A stretch of 64,000 nucleotides of DNA from Gordius albopunctatus (Eukaryota). How positions within the stretch are numbered: the stretch's first letter is position 1; each line of letters begins with the position of its first letter. The position numbers and the translations under genes were made by a program. The DNA is taken from assembly GCA_964276515.1 (NCBI GenBank), contig OZ193910.1, positions 6,634,001 to 6,698,000 on the forward strand, given 5' to 3'. Positions 40,301 to 56,500 of this stretch are shown one piece after another. The notes beneath the pieces were generated by a model. The model saw only the letters and a list, made by a program, of their open reading frames with translations, was not told the DNA's origin and did not search any database.

Positions 40301-43300
40301 TTTTCGAATCCAGTTACGATCAGGGGCGATCCTTTGCACATAGGGGACGCCGTAGGAATACATTTGTGAATTAATTTTTAATTCTAGGCGCCATTTTAAG
40401 GGAGATTTAGGGATTTTAGAGTATTTTGCGTCGGGCAGAATGCTAGGTGTCCGCCCTCAACGGAATTGGCGTAGTGGCGTCTGAAAGGGAGTAAGTAAAC
40501 CGAGAACGCGATAATGAAACTGTTTCGAGCTGTATAATTACTACCAACAATCAAAAAGTTAAATATTCCACGTATTGCGTCACGGATTACGACAAAATAC
40601 ACACATTTCGATGCTCTCGCGTAAATTTTAAGTGATAAAATATGGGTGGGAAATAAAAAAGTAAGAATCTTGCCTGATTTATAAGCACAATTTTCGCTTT
40701 AAATCTACGGTTACGACCATATCACGTTGAAAAAACCGGTTCCCTTCCGAACACCGAAGTTAAGCAACGTTTAGCCCGGTTAGTACTTGGATGGGTGACC
40801 GCTTGGGAATCCCGGGTGTTGTAACCTTTTTAAATATTTTTTTGAATCCAGTTACGATCAAGGGCGATCCTTAGCACATAGGGGACGCCGTAGGAATACA
40901 TTTGTGAATTAATTTTTAATTCTACGCGCCATTTTAAGGGAGATTTAGGGATTTTAGAGTATTTTGCGTCGGGCAGAATGCTAGGTGTCCGCCCTCAACG
41001 GAATTGGCGTAGTGGCGTCTGAAAGGGAGTAAGTAAACCGAGAACGCGATAATGAAACTGTTTCGAGCTGTATAATTACTACCAACAATCAAAAAGTTAA
41101 ATATTCCACGTATTGCGTCACGGATTACGACAAAATACACACATTTCGATGCTCTCGCTTCAATTTTAAGTGATAAAATATGGGTGGGAAATAAAAAAGT
41201 AAGAATCTTGCCTGATTTATAAGCACAATTTTCGCTTTAAATCTACGGTTACGACCATATCACGTTGAAAAAACCGGTTCCCTTCCGAACACCGAAGTTA
41301 AGCAACGTTGAGCCCGGTTAGTACTTGGATGGGTGACCGCTTGGGAATCCCGGATGTTGTAACCTTTTTAAATATTTTTTTGAATCCAGTTACGATCAAG
41401 GGCGATCCTTAGCACATAGGGGACGCCGTAGGAATACATTTGTGAATTAATTTTTAATTCTACGCGCCATTTTAAGGGAGATTTAGGGATTTTAGAGTAT
41501 TTTGCGTCGGGCAGAATGCTAGGTGTCCGCCCTCAACGGAATTGGCGTAGTGGCGTCTGAAAGGGAGTAAGTAAACCGAGAACGCGATAATGAAACTGTT
41601 TCGAGCTGTATAATTACTACCAACAATCAAAAAGTTAAATATTCCACGTATTGCGTGACGGATTACGACAAAATACACACATTTCGATGCTCTCGCGTAA
41701 ATTTTAAGTGATAAAATATGGGTGGGAAATAAAAAAGTAAGAATCTTGCCTGATTTATAAGCACAATTTTCGCTTTAAATCTACGGTTACGACCATATCA
41801 CGTTGAAAAAACCGGTTCCCTTCCGAACACCGAAGTTAAGCAACGTTGAGCCCGGTTAATACTTGGTTGGGTGACCGCTTGGGAATCCCGGGTGTTGTAA
41901 CTTTTTGAAATATTTTTTCGAATCCAGTTATGATCAGGGGCGATCCTTAGCACATAGGGGACGCCGTAGGAATACATTTGTTAATTAATTTTTAATTCTA
42001 CGCGCCATTTTAAGGGAGATTTAGGGATTTTAGAGTATTTTGCGTCGGGCAGAATGCTAGGTGTCCGCCCTCAACGGAATTGGCGTAGTGGCGTCTGAAA
42101 GGGAGTAAGTAAACCGAGAACGCGATAATGAAACTGTTTCGAGCTGTATAATTACTACCAACAATCAAAAAGTTAAATATTCCACGTATTGCGTCACGGA
42201 TTACGACAAAATACACACATTTCGATGCTCTCGCGTAAATTTTAAGTGATAAAATATGGGTGGGAAATAAAAAAGTAAGAATCTTGCCTGATTTATAAGC
42301 ACAATTTTCGCTTTAAATCTACGGTTACGACCATATCACGTTGAAAAAACCGGTTCCCTTCCGAACACCGAAGTTAAGCAACGTTTAGCCCGGTTAGTAC
42401 TTGGATGGGTGACCGCTTGGGAATCCCGGGTGTTGTAACCTTTTTAAATATTTTTTTGAATCCAGTTACGATCAAGGGCGATCCTTAGCACATAGGGGAC
42501 GCCGTAGGAATACATTTGTGAATTAATTTTTAATTCTACGCGCCATTTTAAGGGAGATTTAGGGATTTTAGAGTATTTTGCGTCGGGCAGAATGCTAGGT
42601 GTCCGCCCTCAACGGAATTGGCGTAGTGGCGTCTGAAAGGGAGTAAGTAAACCGAGAACGCGATAATGAAACTGTTTCGAGCTGTATAATTACTACCAAC
42701 AATCAAAAAGTTAAATATTCCACGTATTGCGTCACGGATTACGACAAAATACACACATTTCGATGCTCTCGCGTAAATTTTAAGTGATAAAATATGGGTG
42801 GGAAATAAAAAAGTAAGAATCTTGCCTGATTTATAAGCACAATTTTCGCTTTAAATCTACGGTTACGACCATATCACGTTGAAAAAACCGGTTCCCTTCC
42901 GAACACCGAAGTTAAGCAACGTTTAGCCCGGTTAGTACTTGGATGGGTGACCGCTTGGGAATCCCGGATGTTGTAACCTTTTTAAATATTTTTTTGAATC
43001 CAGTTACGATCAAGGGCGATCCTTAGCACATAGGGGACGCCGTAGGAATACATTTGTGAATTAATTTTTAATTCTAGGCGCCATTTTATAGGAGATTTAG
43101 GGATTTTAGAGTATTTTGCGTCGGGCAGAATGCTAGGTGTCCGCCCTCAACGGAATTGGCGTAGTGGCGTCTGAAAGGGAGTAAGTAAACCGAGAACGCG
43201 ATAATGAAACTGTTTCGAGCTGTATAATTACTACCAACAATCAAAAAGTTAAATATTCCAGGTATTGCGTCACCGATTACGACAAAATACACACATTTCA

Positions 43301-46300
43301 ATGCCCTCGCTTCAATTTTAAATGATAAAATATGGGTGGGAAATAAAAAAGTAAGAATCTTGCCTGATTTATAAGCACAATTTTCGCTTTAAATCTACGG
43401 TTACGACCATATCACGTTGAAAAAACCGGTTCCCTTCCGAACACCGAAGTTAAGCAACGTTGAGCCCGGTTAGTACTTGGATGGGTGACCGCTTGGGAAT
43501 CCCGGGTGTTGTAACCTTTTTAAATATTTTTTTGAATCCAGTTACGATCAAGTGCGATCCTTAGCACATAGGGGACGCCGTAGGAATACATTTGTGAATT
43601 AATTTTTAATTCTAGGCGCCATTTTATAGGAGATTTAGGGATTTTAGAGTATTTTGCGTCGGGCAGAATGCTAGGTGTCCGCCCTCAACGGAATTGGCGT
43701 AGTGGCGTCTGAAAGGGAGTAAGTAAACCGAAAACGCGATAATGAAACTGTTTTGAGCTGTATAATTACTACCAACAATCAAAAAGTTAAATATTCCACG
43801 TAATGCGTCATCGATTACGACAAAATACACACATTTCGATGCTCTCGCGTAAATTTTAAGTGATAAAATATGGGTGGGAAATAAAAAAGTAAGAATCTTG
43901 CCTGATTTATAAGCACAATTTTCGCTTTAAATCTACGGTTACGACCATATCACGTTGAAAAAACCGGTTCCCTTCCGAACACCGAAGTTAAGCAACGTTG
44001 AGCCCGGTTAATACTTGGTTGGGTGACCGCTTGGGAATCCCGGGTGTTGTAACTTTTTGAAATATTTTTTCGAATCCAGTTATGATCAGGGGCGATCCTT
44101 AGCACATAGGGGACGCCGTAGGAATACATTTGTGAATTAATTTTTAATTCTAGGCGCCATTTTATAGGAGATTTAGGGATTTTAGAGTATTTTGCGTCGG
44201 GCAGAATGCTAGGTGTCCGCCCTCAACGGAATTGGCGTAGTGGCGTCTGAAAGGGAGTAAGTAAACCGAAAACGCGATAATGAAACTGTTTTGAGCTGTA
44301 TAATTACTACCAACAATCAAAAAGTTAAATATTCCACGTAATGCGTCATCGATTACGACAAAATACACACATTTCGATGCTCTCGCGTAAATTTTAAGTG
44401 ATAAAATATGGGTGGGAAATAAAAAAGTAAGAATCTTGCCAGATTTATAATCACAATTTTCGCTTTAAATCTACGGTTACGACCATATCACGTTGAAAAA
44501 ACCGGTTCCCTTCCGAACACCGAAGTTAAGCAACGTTGAGCCCGGTTAGTACTTGGATGGGTGACCGCTTGGGAATCCCGGGTGTTGTAACCTTTTTAAA
44601 TATTTTTTTGAATCCAGTTACGATCAAGTGCGATCCTTAGCACATAGGGGACGCCGTAGGAATACATTTGTGAATTAATTTTTAATTCTACGCACCATTT
44701 TAAGGGAGATTTAGGGATTTTAGAGTATTTTGCGTCGGGCAGAATGCTAGGTGTCCGCCCTCAACGGAATTGGCGTATAGCGTCTGAAAGGGAGTAAGTA
44801 AACCGAGAACGCGATAATGAAACTGTTTCGAGCTGTATAATTACTACCAACAATCAAAAAGTTAAATATTCCACGTATTGCGTCACGGATTACGACAAAA
44901 TACACACATTTCGATGCTCTCGCGTAAATTTTAAGTGATAAAATATGGGTGGGAAATAAAAAAGTAAGAATCTTGCCTGATTTATAAGCACAATTTTCGC
45001 TTTAAATCTACGGTTACGACCATATCACGTTGAAAAAACCGGTTCCCTTCCGAACACCGAAGTTAAGCAACGTTTAGCCCGATTAGTACTTGGATGGGTG
45101 ACCGCTTGGGAATCCCGGGTGTTGTAACCTTTTTAAATATTTTTTTGAATCCAGTTACGATCAAGTGCGATCCTTAGCACATAGGGGACGCCGTAGGAAT
45201 ACATTTGTGAATTAATTTTTAATTCTAGGCGCCATTTTATAGGAGATTTAGGGATTTTAGAGTATTTTGCGTCGGGCAGAATGCTAGGTGTCCGCCCTCA
45301 ACGGAATTGGCGTAGTGGCGTCTGAAAGGGAGTAAGTAAACCGAGAACGCGATAATGAAACTGTTTCGAGCTGTATCATTACTACCAACAAATTAAAAAG
45401 TTAAATATTCCACGTAATGCGTCATCGATTACGACAAAATACACACATTTCGATGCTCTCGCGTAAATTTTAAGTGATAAAATATGGGTGGGAAATAAAA
45501 AAGTAAGAATCTTGCCTGATTTATAATCACAATTTTCGCTTTAAATCTACGGTTACGACCATATCACGTTGAAAAAACCGGTTCCCTTCCGAACACCGAA
45601 GTTAAGCAACGTTGAGCCCGGTTAGTACTTGGATGGGTGACCGCTTGGGAATCCCGGGTGTTGTAACCTTTTTAAATATTTTTTTGAATCCAGTTACGAT
45701 CAAGTGCGATCCTTAGCACATAGGGGACGCCGTAGGAATACATTTGTGAATTAATTTTTAATTCTAGGCGCCATTTTATAGGAGATTTAGGGATTTTAGA
45801 GTATTTTGCGTCGGGCAGAATGCTAGGTGTCCGCCCTCAACGGAATTGGCGTAGTGGCGTCTGAAAGGGAGTAAGTAAACCGAGAACGCGATAATGAAAC
45901 TGTTTCGAGCTGTATAATTACTACCAACAATCAAAAAGTTAAATATTCCAGGTATTGCGTCACCGATTACGACAAAATACACACATTTCAATGCCCTCGC
46001 TTCAATTTTAAGTGATAAAATATGGGTGGGAAATAAAAAAGTAAGAATCTTGCCTGATTTATAAGCACAATTTTCGCTTTAAATCTACGGTTACGACCAT
46101 ATCACGTTGAAAAAACCGGTTCCCTTCCTAACACCGAAGTTAAGCAACGTTGAGCCCGGTTAGTACTTGGATGGGTGACCGCTTGGGAATCCCGGGTGTT
46201 GTAACCTTTTTAAATATTTTTTTGAATCCAGTTACGATCAAGGGCGATCCTTAGCACATAGGGGACGCCGTAGGAATACATTTGTGAATTAATTTTTAAT

Positions 46301-49300
46301 TCTACGCGCCATTTTAAGGGAGATTTAGGGATTTTAGAGTATTTTGCGTCGGGCAGAATGCTAGGTGTCCGCCCTCAACGGAATTGGCGTAGTGGCGTCT
46401 GAAAGGGAGTAAGTAAACCGAGAACGCGATAATGAAACTGTTTCGAGCTGTATAATTACTACCAACAATCAAAAAGTTAAATATTCCACGTATTGCGTCA
46501 CGGATTACGACAAAATACACACATTTCGATGCTCTCGCGTAAATTTTAAGTGATAAAATATGGGTGGGAAATAATAAAGTAAGAATCTTGCCTGATTTAT
46601 AAGCACAATTTTCGCTTTAAATCTACGGTTACGACCATATCACGTTGAAAAAACCGGTTCCCTTCCGAACACCGAAGTTAAGCAACGTTGAGCCCGGTTA
46701 GTACTTGGATGGGTGACCGCTTGGGAATCCCGGGTGTTGTAACCTTTTTAAATATTTTTTTGAATCCAGTTACGATCAAGTGCGATCCTTAGCACATAGG
46801 GGACGCCGTAGGAATACATTTGTGAATTAATTTTTAATTCTAGGCGCCATTTTATAGGAGATTTAGGGATTTTAGAGTATTTTGCGTCGGGCAGAATGCT
46901 AGGTGTCCGTCCTCAACGGAATTGGCGTATAGCGTCTGAAAGGGAGTAAGTAAACCGAAAACGCGATAATGAAACTGTTTCGAGCTGTATCATTACTACC
47001 AACAATCAAAAAGTTAAATATTCCACGTAATGCGTCATCGATTACGACAAAATACACACATTTCGATGCTCTCGCGTAAATTTTAAGTGATAAAATATGG
47101 GTGGGAAATAAAAAAGTAAGAATCTTGCCTGATTTATAATCACAATTTTCGCTTTAAATCTACGGTTACGACCATATCACGTTGAAAAAACCGGTTCCCT
47201 TCCGAACACCGAAGTTAAGCAACGTTGAGCCCGGTTAGTATTTGGATGGGTGACCGCTTGGGAATCCCGGGTGTTGTAACCTTTTTAAATATTTTTTTGA
47301 ATCCAGTTACGATCAAGTGCGATCCTTAGCACATAGGGGACGCCGTAGGAATACATTTGTGAATTAATTTTTAATTCTAGGCGCCATTTTATAGGAGATT
47401 TAGGGATTTTAGAGTATTTTGCGTCGGGCAGAATGCTAGGTGTCCGCCCTCAACGGAATTGGCGTAGTGGCGTCTGAAAGGGAGTAAGTAAACCGAAAAC
47501 GCGATAATGAAACTGTTTTGAGCTGTATAATTACTACCAACAATCAAAAAGTTAAATATTCCACGTAATGCGTCATCGATTACGACAAAATACACACATT
47601 TCGATGCTCTCGCGTAAATTTTAAGTGATAAAATATGGGTGGGAAATAAAAAAGTAAGAATCTTGCCTGATTTATAATCACAATTTTCGCTTTAAATCTA
47701 CGGTTACGACCATATCACGTTGAAAAAACCGGTTCCCTTCCGAACACCGAAGTTAAGCAACGTTGAGCCCGGTTAGTACTTGGATGGGTGACCGCTTGGG
47801 AATCCCGGGTGTTGTAACCTTTTTAAATATTTTTTTGAATCCAGTTACGATCAAGGGCGATCCTTAGCACATAGGGGACGCCGTAGGAATACATTTGTGA
47901 ATTAATTTTTAATTCTACGCGCCATTTTAAGGGAGATTTAGGGATTTTAGAGTATTTTGCGTCGGGCAGAATGCTAGGTGTCCGCCCTCAACGGAATTGG
48001 CGTAGTGGCGTCTGAAAGGGAGTAAGTAAACCGAGAACGCGATAATGAAACTGTTTCGAGCTGTATAATTACTACCAACAATCAAAAAGTTAAATATTCC
48101 ACGTATTGCGTCACGGATTACGACAAAATACACACATTTCGATGCTCTCGCGTAAATTTTAAGTGATAAAATATGGGTGGGAAATAATAAAGTAAGAATC
48201 TTGCCTGATTTATAAGCACAATTTTCGCTTTAAATCTACGGTTACGACCATATCACGTTGAAAACACCGGTTCCCTTCCGAACACCGAAGTTAAGCAACG
48301 TTGAGCCCGGTTAGTATTTGGATGGGTGACCGCTTGGGAATCCCGGGTGTTGTAACCTTTTTAAATATTTTTTTGTATCCAGTTACGATCAAGTGCGATC
48401 CTTAGCACATAGGGGACGCCGTAGGAATACATTTGTGAATTAATTTTTAATTCTACGCGCCATTTTAAGGGAGATTTAGGGATTTTAGAGTATTTTGCGT
48501 CGGGCAGAATGCTAGGTGTCCGTCCTCAACGGAATTGGCGTATAGCGTCTGAAAGGGAGTAAGTAAACCGAAAACGCGACAATGAAACTGTTTCGAGCTG
48601 TATCATTACTACCAACAATCAAAAAGTTAAATATTCCACGTAATGCGTCATCGATTACGACAAAATACACACATTTCGATGCTCTCGCGTAAATTTTAAG
48701 TGATAAAATATGGGTGGGAAATAAAAAAGTAAGAATCTTGCCTGATTTATAATCACAATTTTCGCTTTAAATCTACGGTTACGACCATATCACGTTGAAA
48801 AAACCGGTTCCCTTCCGAACACCGAAGTTAAGCAACGTTGAGCCCGGTTAGTATTTGGATGGGTGACCGCTTGGGAATCCCGGGTGTTGTAACCTTTTTA
48901 AATATTTTTTTGAATCCAGTTACGATCAAGTGCGATCCTTAGCACATAGGGGACGCCGTAGGAATACATTTGTGAATTAATTTTTAATTCTAGGCGCCAT
49001 TTTATAGGAGATTTAGGGATTTTAGAGTATTTTGCGTCGGGCAGAATGCTAGGTGTCCGCCCTCAACGGAATTGGCGTAGTGGCGTCTGAAAGGGAGTAA
49101 GTAAACCGAAAACGCGATAATGAAACTGTTTTGAGCTGTATAATTACTACCAACAATCAAAAAGTTAAATATTCCACGTAATGCGTCATCGATTACGACA
49201 AAATACACACATTTCGATGCTCTCGCGTAAATTTTAAGTGATAAAATATGGGTGGGAAATAAAAAAGTAAGAATCTTGCCTGATTTATAATCACAATTTT

Positions 49301-50390
49301 CGCTTTAAATCTACGGTTACGACCATATCACGTTGAAAAAACCGGTTCCCTTCCGAACACCGAAGTTAAGCAACGTTGAGCCCGGTTAGTACTTGGATGG
49401 GTGACCGCTTGGGAATCCCGGGTGTTGTAACCTTTTTAAATATTTTTTTGAATCCAGTTACGATCAAGTGCGATCCTTAGCACATAGGGGACGCCGTAGG
49501 AATACATTTGTGAATTAATTTTTAATTCTACGCGCCATTTTAAGGGAGATTTAGGGATTTTAGAGTATTTTGCGTCGGGGAGAATGCTAGGTGTCCGCCC
49601 TCAACGGAATTGGTGTAGTGGCGTCTGAAAGGGAGTAAGTAAACCGAGAACGCGATAATGAAACTGTTTCGAGCTGTATAATTACTACCAACAATCAAAA
49701 AGTTAAATATTCCACGTATTGCGTCACGGATTACGACAAAATACACACATTTCGATGCTCTCGCGTAAATTTTAAGTGATAAAATATGGGTGGGAAATAA
49801 TAAAGTAAGAATCTTGCCTGATTTATAAGCACAATTTTCGCTTTAAATCTACGGTTACGACCATATCACGTTGAAAAAACCGGTTCCCTTCCGAACACCG
49901 AAGTTAAGCAACGTTGAGCCCGGTTAGTACTTGGATGGGTGACCGCTTGGGAATCCCGGGTGTTGTAACCTTTTTAAATATTTTTTTGAATCCAGTTACG
50001 ATCAAGGGCGATCCTTAGCACATAGGGGACGCCGTAGGAATACATTTGTGAATTAATTTTTAATTCTACGCGCCATTTTAAGGGAGATTTAGGGATTTTA
50101 GAGTATTTTGCGTCGGGCAGAATGCTAGGTGTCCGCCCTCAACGGAATTGGCGTAGTGGCGTCTGAAAGGGAGTAAGTAAACCGAGAACGCGATAATGAA
50201 ACTGTTTCGAGCTGTATAATTACTACCAACAATCAAAAAGTTAAATATTCCACGTATTGCGTCACGGATTACGACAAAATACACACATTTCGATGCTCTC
50301 GCGTAAATTTTAAGTGATAAAATATGGGTGGGAAATAATAAAGTAAGAATCTTGCCTGATTTATAAGCACAATTTTCGCTTTAAATCTAC

Positions 50391-50509
50391 GGTTACGACC
50401 ATATCACGTTGAAAAAACCGGTTCCCTTCCGAACACCGAAGTTAAGCAACGTTGAGCCCGGTTAGTACTTGGATGGGTGACCGCTTGGGAATCCCGGGTG
50501 TTGTAACCT
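50391..50509 (+). rRNA. 5S rRNA, C26A variant; representative of the distal block (40709-61256)
   Basis: GTTGAAAAAACCGG instead of GTTGAAAACACCGG; otherwise consensus. Confidence 0.92.
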
Positions 50510-53500
50510 TTTTAAATATTTTTTTGAATCCAGTTACGATCAAGTGCGATCCTTAGCACATAGGGGACGCCGTAGGAATACATTTGTGAATTAATTTTTA
50601 ATTCTAGGCGCCATTTTATAGGAGATTTAGGGATTTTAGAGTATTTTGCGTCGGGCAGAATGCTAGGTGTCCGTCCTCAACGGAATTGGCGTATAGCGTC
50701 TGAAAGGGAGTAAGTAAACCGAAAACGCGATAATGAAACTGTTTCGAGCTGTATCATTACTACCAACAATCAAAAAGTTAAATATTCCACGTAATGCGTC
50801 ATCGATTACGACAAAATACACACATTTCGATGCTCTCGCGTAAATTTTAAGTGATAAAATATGGGTGGGAAATAAAAAAGTAAGAATCTTGCCTGATTTA
50901 TAATCACAATTTTCGCTTTAAATCTACGGTTACGACCATATCACGTTGAAAAAACCGGTTCCCTTCCGAACACCGAAGTTAAGCAACGTTGAGCCCGGTT
51001 AGTACTTGGATGGGTGACCGCTTGGGAATCCCGGGTGTTGTAACCTTTTTAAATATTTTTTTGAATCCAGTTACGATCAAGTGCGATCCTTAGCACATAG
51101 GGGACGCCGTAGGAATACATTTGTGAATTAATTTTTAATTCTAGGCGCCATTTTATAGGAGATTTAGGGATTTTAGAGTATTTTGCGTCGGGCAGAATGC
51201 TAGGTGTCCGTCCTCAACGGAATTGGCGTATAGCGTCTGAAAGGGAGTAAGTAAACCGAAAACGCGATAATGAAACTGTTTCGAGCTGTATCATTACTAC
51301 CAACAATCAAAAAGTTAAATATTCCACGTAATGCGTCATCGATTACGACAAAATACACACATTTCGATGCTCTCGCGTAAATTTTAAGTGATAAAATATG
51401 GGTGGGAAATAAAAAAGTAAGAATCTTGCCTGATTTATAATCACAATTTTCGCTTTAAATCTACGGTTACGACCATATCACGTTGAAAAAACCGGTTCCC
51501 TTCCGAACACCGAAGTTAAGCAACGTTGAGCCCTGTTAGTACTTGGATGGGTGACCGCTTGGGAATCCCGGGTGTTGTAACCTTTTTAAATATTTTTTTG
51601 AATCCAGTTACGATCAAGTGCGATCCTTAGCACATAGGGGACGCCGTAGGAATACATTTGTGAATTAATTTTTAATTCTAGGCGCCATTTTATAGGAGAT
51701 TTAGGGATTTTAGAGTATTTTGCGTCGGGCAGAATGCTAGGTGTCCGTCCTCAACGGAATTGGCGTATAGCGTCTGAAAGGGAGTAAGTAAACCGAAAAC
51801 GCGATAATGAAACTGTTTCGAGCTGTATCATTACTACCAACAATCAAAAAGTTAAATATTCCACGTAATGCGTCATCGATTACGACAAAATACACACATT
51901 TCGATGCTCTCGCGTAAATTTTAAGTGATAAAATATGGGTGGGAAATAAAAAAGTAAGAATCTTGCCTGATTTATAATCACAATTTTCGCTTTAAATCTA
52001 CGGTTACGACCATATCACGTTGAAAAAACCGGTTCCCTTCCGAACACCGAAGTTAAGCAACGTTGAGCCCGGTTAGTACTTGGATGGGTGACCGCTTGGG
52101 AATCCCGGGTGTTGTAACCTTTTTAAATATTTTTTTGAATCCAGTTACGATCAAGTGCGATCCTTAGCACATAGGGGACGCCGTAGGAATACATTTGTGA
52201 ATTAATTTTTAATTCTAGGCGCCATTTTATAGGAGATTTAGGGATTTTAGAGTATTTTGCGTCGGGCAGAATGCTAGGTGTCCGTCCTCAACGGAATTGG
52301 CGTATAGCGTCTGAAAGGGAGTAAGTAAACCGAAAACGCGATAATGAAACTGTTTCGAGCTGTATCATTACTACCAACAATCAAAAAGTTAAATATTCCA
52401 CGTATTGCGTCATCGATTACGACAAAATACACACATTTCGATGCTCTCGCTTCAATTTTAAGTGATAAAATATGGGTGGGAAATAATAAAGTAAGAATCT
52501 TGCCTGATTTATAAGCACAATTTTCGCTTTAAATCTACGGTTACGACCATATCACGTTGAAAAAACCGGTTCCCTTCCGAACACCGAAGTTAAGCAACGT
52601 TGAGCCCGGTTAGTACTTGGATGGGTGACCGCTTGGGAATCCCGGGTGTTGTAACCTTTTTAAATATTTTTTTGAATCCAGTTACGATCAAGTGCGATCC
52701 TTAGCACATAGGGGACGCCGTAGGAATACATTTGTGAATTAATTTTTAATTCTAGGCGCCATTTTATAGGAGATTTAGGGATTTTAGAGTATTTTGCGTC
52801 GGGCAGAATGCTAGGTGTCCGTCCTCAACGGAATTGGCGTATAGCGTCTGAAAGGGAGTAAGTAAACCGAAAACGCGATAATGAAACTGTTTCGAGCTGT
52901 ATCATTACTACCAACAATCAAAAAGTTAAATATTCCACGTAATGCGTCATCGATTACGACAAAATACACACATTTCGATGCTCTCGCGTAAATTTTAAGT
53001 GATAAAATATGGGTGGGAAATAAAAAAGTAAGAATCTTGCCTGATTTATAATCACAATTTTCGCTTTAAATCTACGGTTACGACCATATCACGTTGAAAA
53101 AACCGGTTCCCTTCCGAACACCGAAGTTAAGCAACGTTGAGCCCGGTTAGTACTTGGATGGGTGACCGCTTGGGAATCCCGGGTGTTGTAACCTTTTTAA
53201 ATATTTTTTTGAATCCAGTTACGATCAAGTGCGATCCTTAGCACATAGGGGACGCCGTAGGAATACATTTGTGAATTAATTTTTAATTCTAGGCGCCATT
53301 TTATAGGAGATTTAGGGATTTTAGAGTATTTTGCGTCGGGCAGAATGCTAGGTGTCCGTCCTCAACGGAATTGGCGTATAGCGTCTGAAAGGGAGTAAGT
53401 AAACCGAAAACGCGATAATGAAACTGTTTCGAGCTGTATCATTACTACCAACAATCAAAAAGTTAAATATTCCACGTAATGCGTCATCGATTACGACAAA

Positions 53501-56500
53501 ATACACACATTTCGATGCTCTCGCGTAAATTTTAAGTGATAAAATATGGGTGGGAAATAAAAAAGTAAGAATCTTGCCTGATTTATAATCACAATTTTCG
53601 CTTTAAATCTACGGTTACGACCATATCACGTTGAAAAAACCGGTTCCCTTCCGAACACCGAAGTTAAGCAACGTTGAGCCCGGTTAGTACTTGGATGGGT
53701 GACCGCTTGGGAATCCCGGGTGTTGTAACCTTTTTAAATATTTTTTTGAATCCAGTTACGATCAAGTGCGATCCTTAGCACATAGGGGACGCCGTAGGAA
53801 TACATTTGTGAATTAATTTTTAATTCTACGCGCCATTTTAAGGGAGATTTAGGGATTTTAGAGTATTTTGCGTCGGGCAGAATGCTAGGTGTCCGCCCTC
53901 AACGGAATTGGCGTAGTGGCGTCTGAAAGGGAGTAAGTAAACCGAGAACGCGATAATGAAACTGTTTCGAGCTGTATAATTACTACCAACAATCAAAAAG
54001 TTAAATATTCCAGGTATTGCGTCACCGATTACGACAAAATACACACATTTCAATGCCCTCGCTTCAATTTTAAGTGATAAAATATGGGTGGGAAATAAAA
54101 AAGTAAGAATCTTGCCTGATTTATAAGCACAATTTTCGCTTTAAATCTACGGTTACGACCATATCACGTTGAAAACACCGGTTCCCTTCCGAACACCGAA
54201 GTTAAGCAACGTTGAGCCCGGTTAGTATTTGGATGGGTGACCGCTTGGGAATCCCGGGTGTTGTAACCTTTTTAAATATTTTTTTGTATCCAGTTACGAT
54301 CAAGTGCGATCCTTAGCACATAGGGGACGCCGTAGGAATACATTTGTGAATTAATTTTTAATTCTACGCGCCATTTTAAGGGAGATTTAGGGATTTTAGA
54401 GTATTTTGCGTCGGGCAGAATGCTAGGTGTCCGCCCTCAACGGAATTGGCGTAGTGGCGTCTGAAAGGGAGTAAGTAAACCGAGAACGCGATAATGAAAC
54501 TGTTTCGAGCTGTATAATTACTACCAACAATCAAAAAGTTAAATATTCCACGTATTGCGTCACGGATTACGACAAAATACACACATTTCGATGCTCTCGC
54601 GTAAATTTTAAGTGATAAAATATGGGTGGGAAATAATAAAGTAAGAATCTTGCCTGATTTATAAGCACAATTTTCGCTTTAAATCTACGGTTACGACCAT
54701 ATCACGTTGAAAAAACCGGTTCCCTTCCGAACACCGAAGTTAAGCAACGTTGAGCCCGGTTAGTACTTGGATGGGTGACCGCTTGGGAATCCCGGGTGTT
54801 GTAACCTTTTTAAATATTTTTTTGAATCCAGTTACGATCAAGGGCGATCCTTAGCACATAGGGGACGCCGTAGGAATACATTTGTGAATTAATTTTTAAT
54901 TCTACGCGCCATTTTAAGGGAGATTTAGGGATTTTAGAGTATTTTGCGTCGGGCAGAATGCTAGGTGTCCGCCCTCAACGGAATTGGCGTAGTGGCGTCT
55001 GAAAGGGAGTAAGTAAACCGAGAACGCGATAATGAAACTGTTTCGAGCTGTATAATTACTACCAACAATCAAAAAGTTAAATATTCCACGTATTGCGTCA
55101 CGGATTACGACAAAATACACACATTTCGATGCTCTCGCGTAAATTTTAAGTGATAAAATATGGGTGGGAAATAATAAAGTAAGAATCTTGCCTGATTTAT
55201 AAGCACAATTTTCGCTTTAAATCTACGGTTACGACCATATCACGTTGAAAAAACCGGTTCCCTTCCGAACACCGAAGTTAAGCAACGTTGAGCCCGGTTA
55301 GTACTTGGATGGGTGACCGCTTGGGAATCCCGGGTGTTGTAACCTTTTTAAATATTTTTTTGAATCCAGTTACGATCAAGTGCGATCCTTAGCACATAGG
55401 GGACGCCGTAGGAATACATTTGTGAATTAATTTTTAATTCTAGGCGCCATTTTATAGGAGATTTAGGGATTTTAGAGTATTTTGCGTCGGGCAGAATGCT
55501 AGGTGTCCGTCCTCAACGGAATTGGCGTATAGCGTCTGAAAGGGAGTAAGTAAACCGAAAACGCGATAATGAAACTGTTTCGAGCTGTATCATTACTACC
55601 AACAATCAAAAAGTTAAATATTCCACGTAATGCGTCATCGATTACGACAAAATACACACATTTCGATGCTCTCGCGTAAATTTTAAGTGATAAAATATGG
55701 GTGGGAAATAAAAAAGTAAGAATCTTGCCTGATTTATAATCACAATTTTCGCTTTAAATCTACGGTTACGACCATATCACGTTGAAAAAACCGGTTCCCT
55801 TCCGAACACCGAAGTTAAGCAACGTTGAGCCCGGTTAGTACTTGGATGGGTGACCGCTTGGGAATCCCGGGTGTTGTAACCTTTTTAAATATTTTTTTGA
55901 ATCCAGTTACGATCAAGTGCGATCCTTAGCACATAGGGGACGCCGTAGGAATACATTTGTGAATTAATTTTTAATTCTACGCGCCATTTTAAGGGAGATT
56001 TAGGGATTTTAGAGTATTTTGCGTCGGGCAGAATGCTAGGTGTCCGCCCTCAACGGAATTGGCGTAGTGGCGTCTGAAAGGGAGTAAGTAAACCGAGAAC
56101 GCGATAATGAAACTGTTTCGAGCTGTATAATTACTACCAACAATCAAAAAGTTAAATATTCCAGGTATTGCGTCACCGATTACGACAAAATACACACATT
56201 TCAATGCCCTCGCTTCAATTTTAAGTGATAAAATATGGGTGGGAAATAAAAAAGTAAGAATCTTGCCTGATTTATAAGCACAATTTTCGCTTTAAATCTA
56301 CGGTTACGACCATATCACGTTGAAAACACCGGTTCCCTTCCGAACACCGAAGTTAAGCAACGTTGAGCCCGGTTAGTATTTGGATGGGTGACCGCTTGGG
56401 AATCCCGGGTGTTGTAACCTTTTTAAATATTTTTTTGTATCCAGTTACGATCAAGTGCGATCCTTAGCACATAGGGGACGCCGTAGGAATACATTTGTGA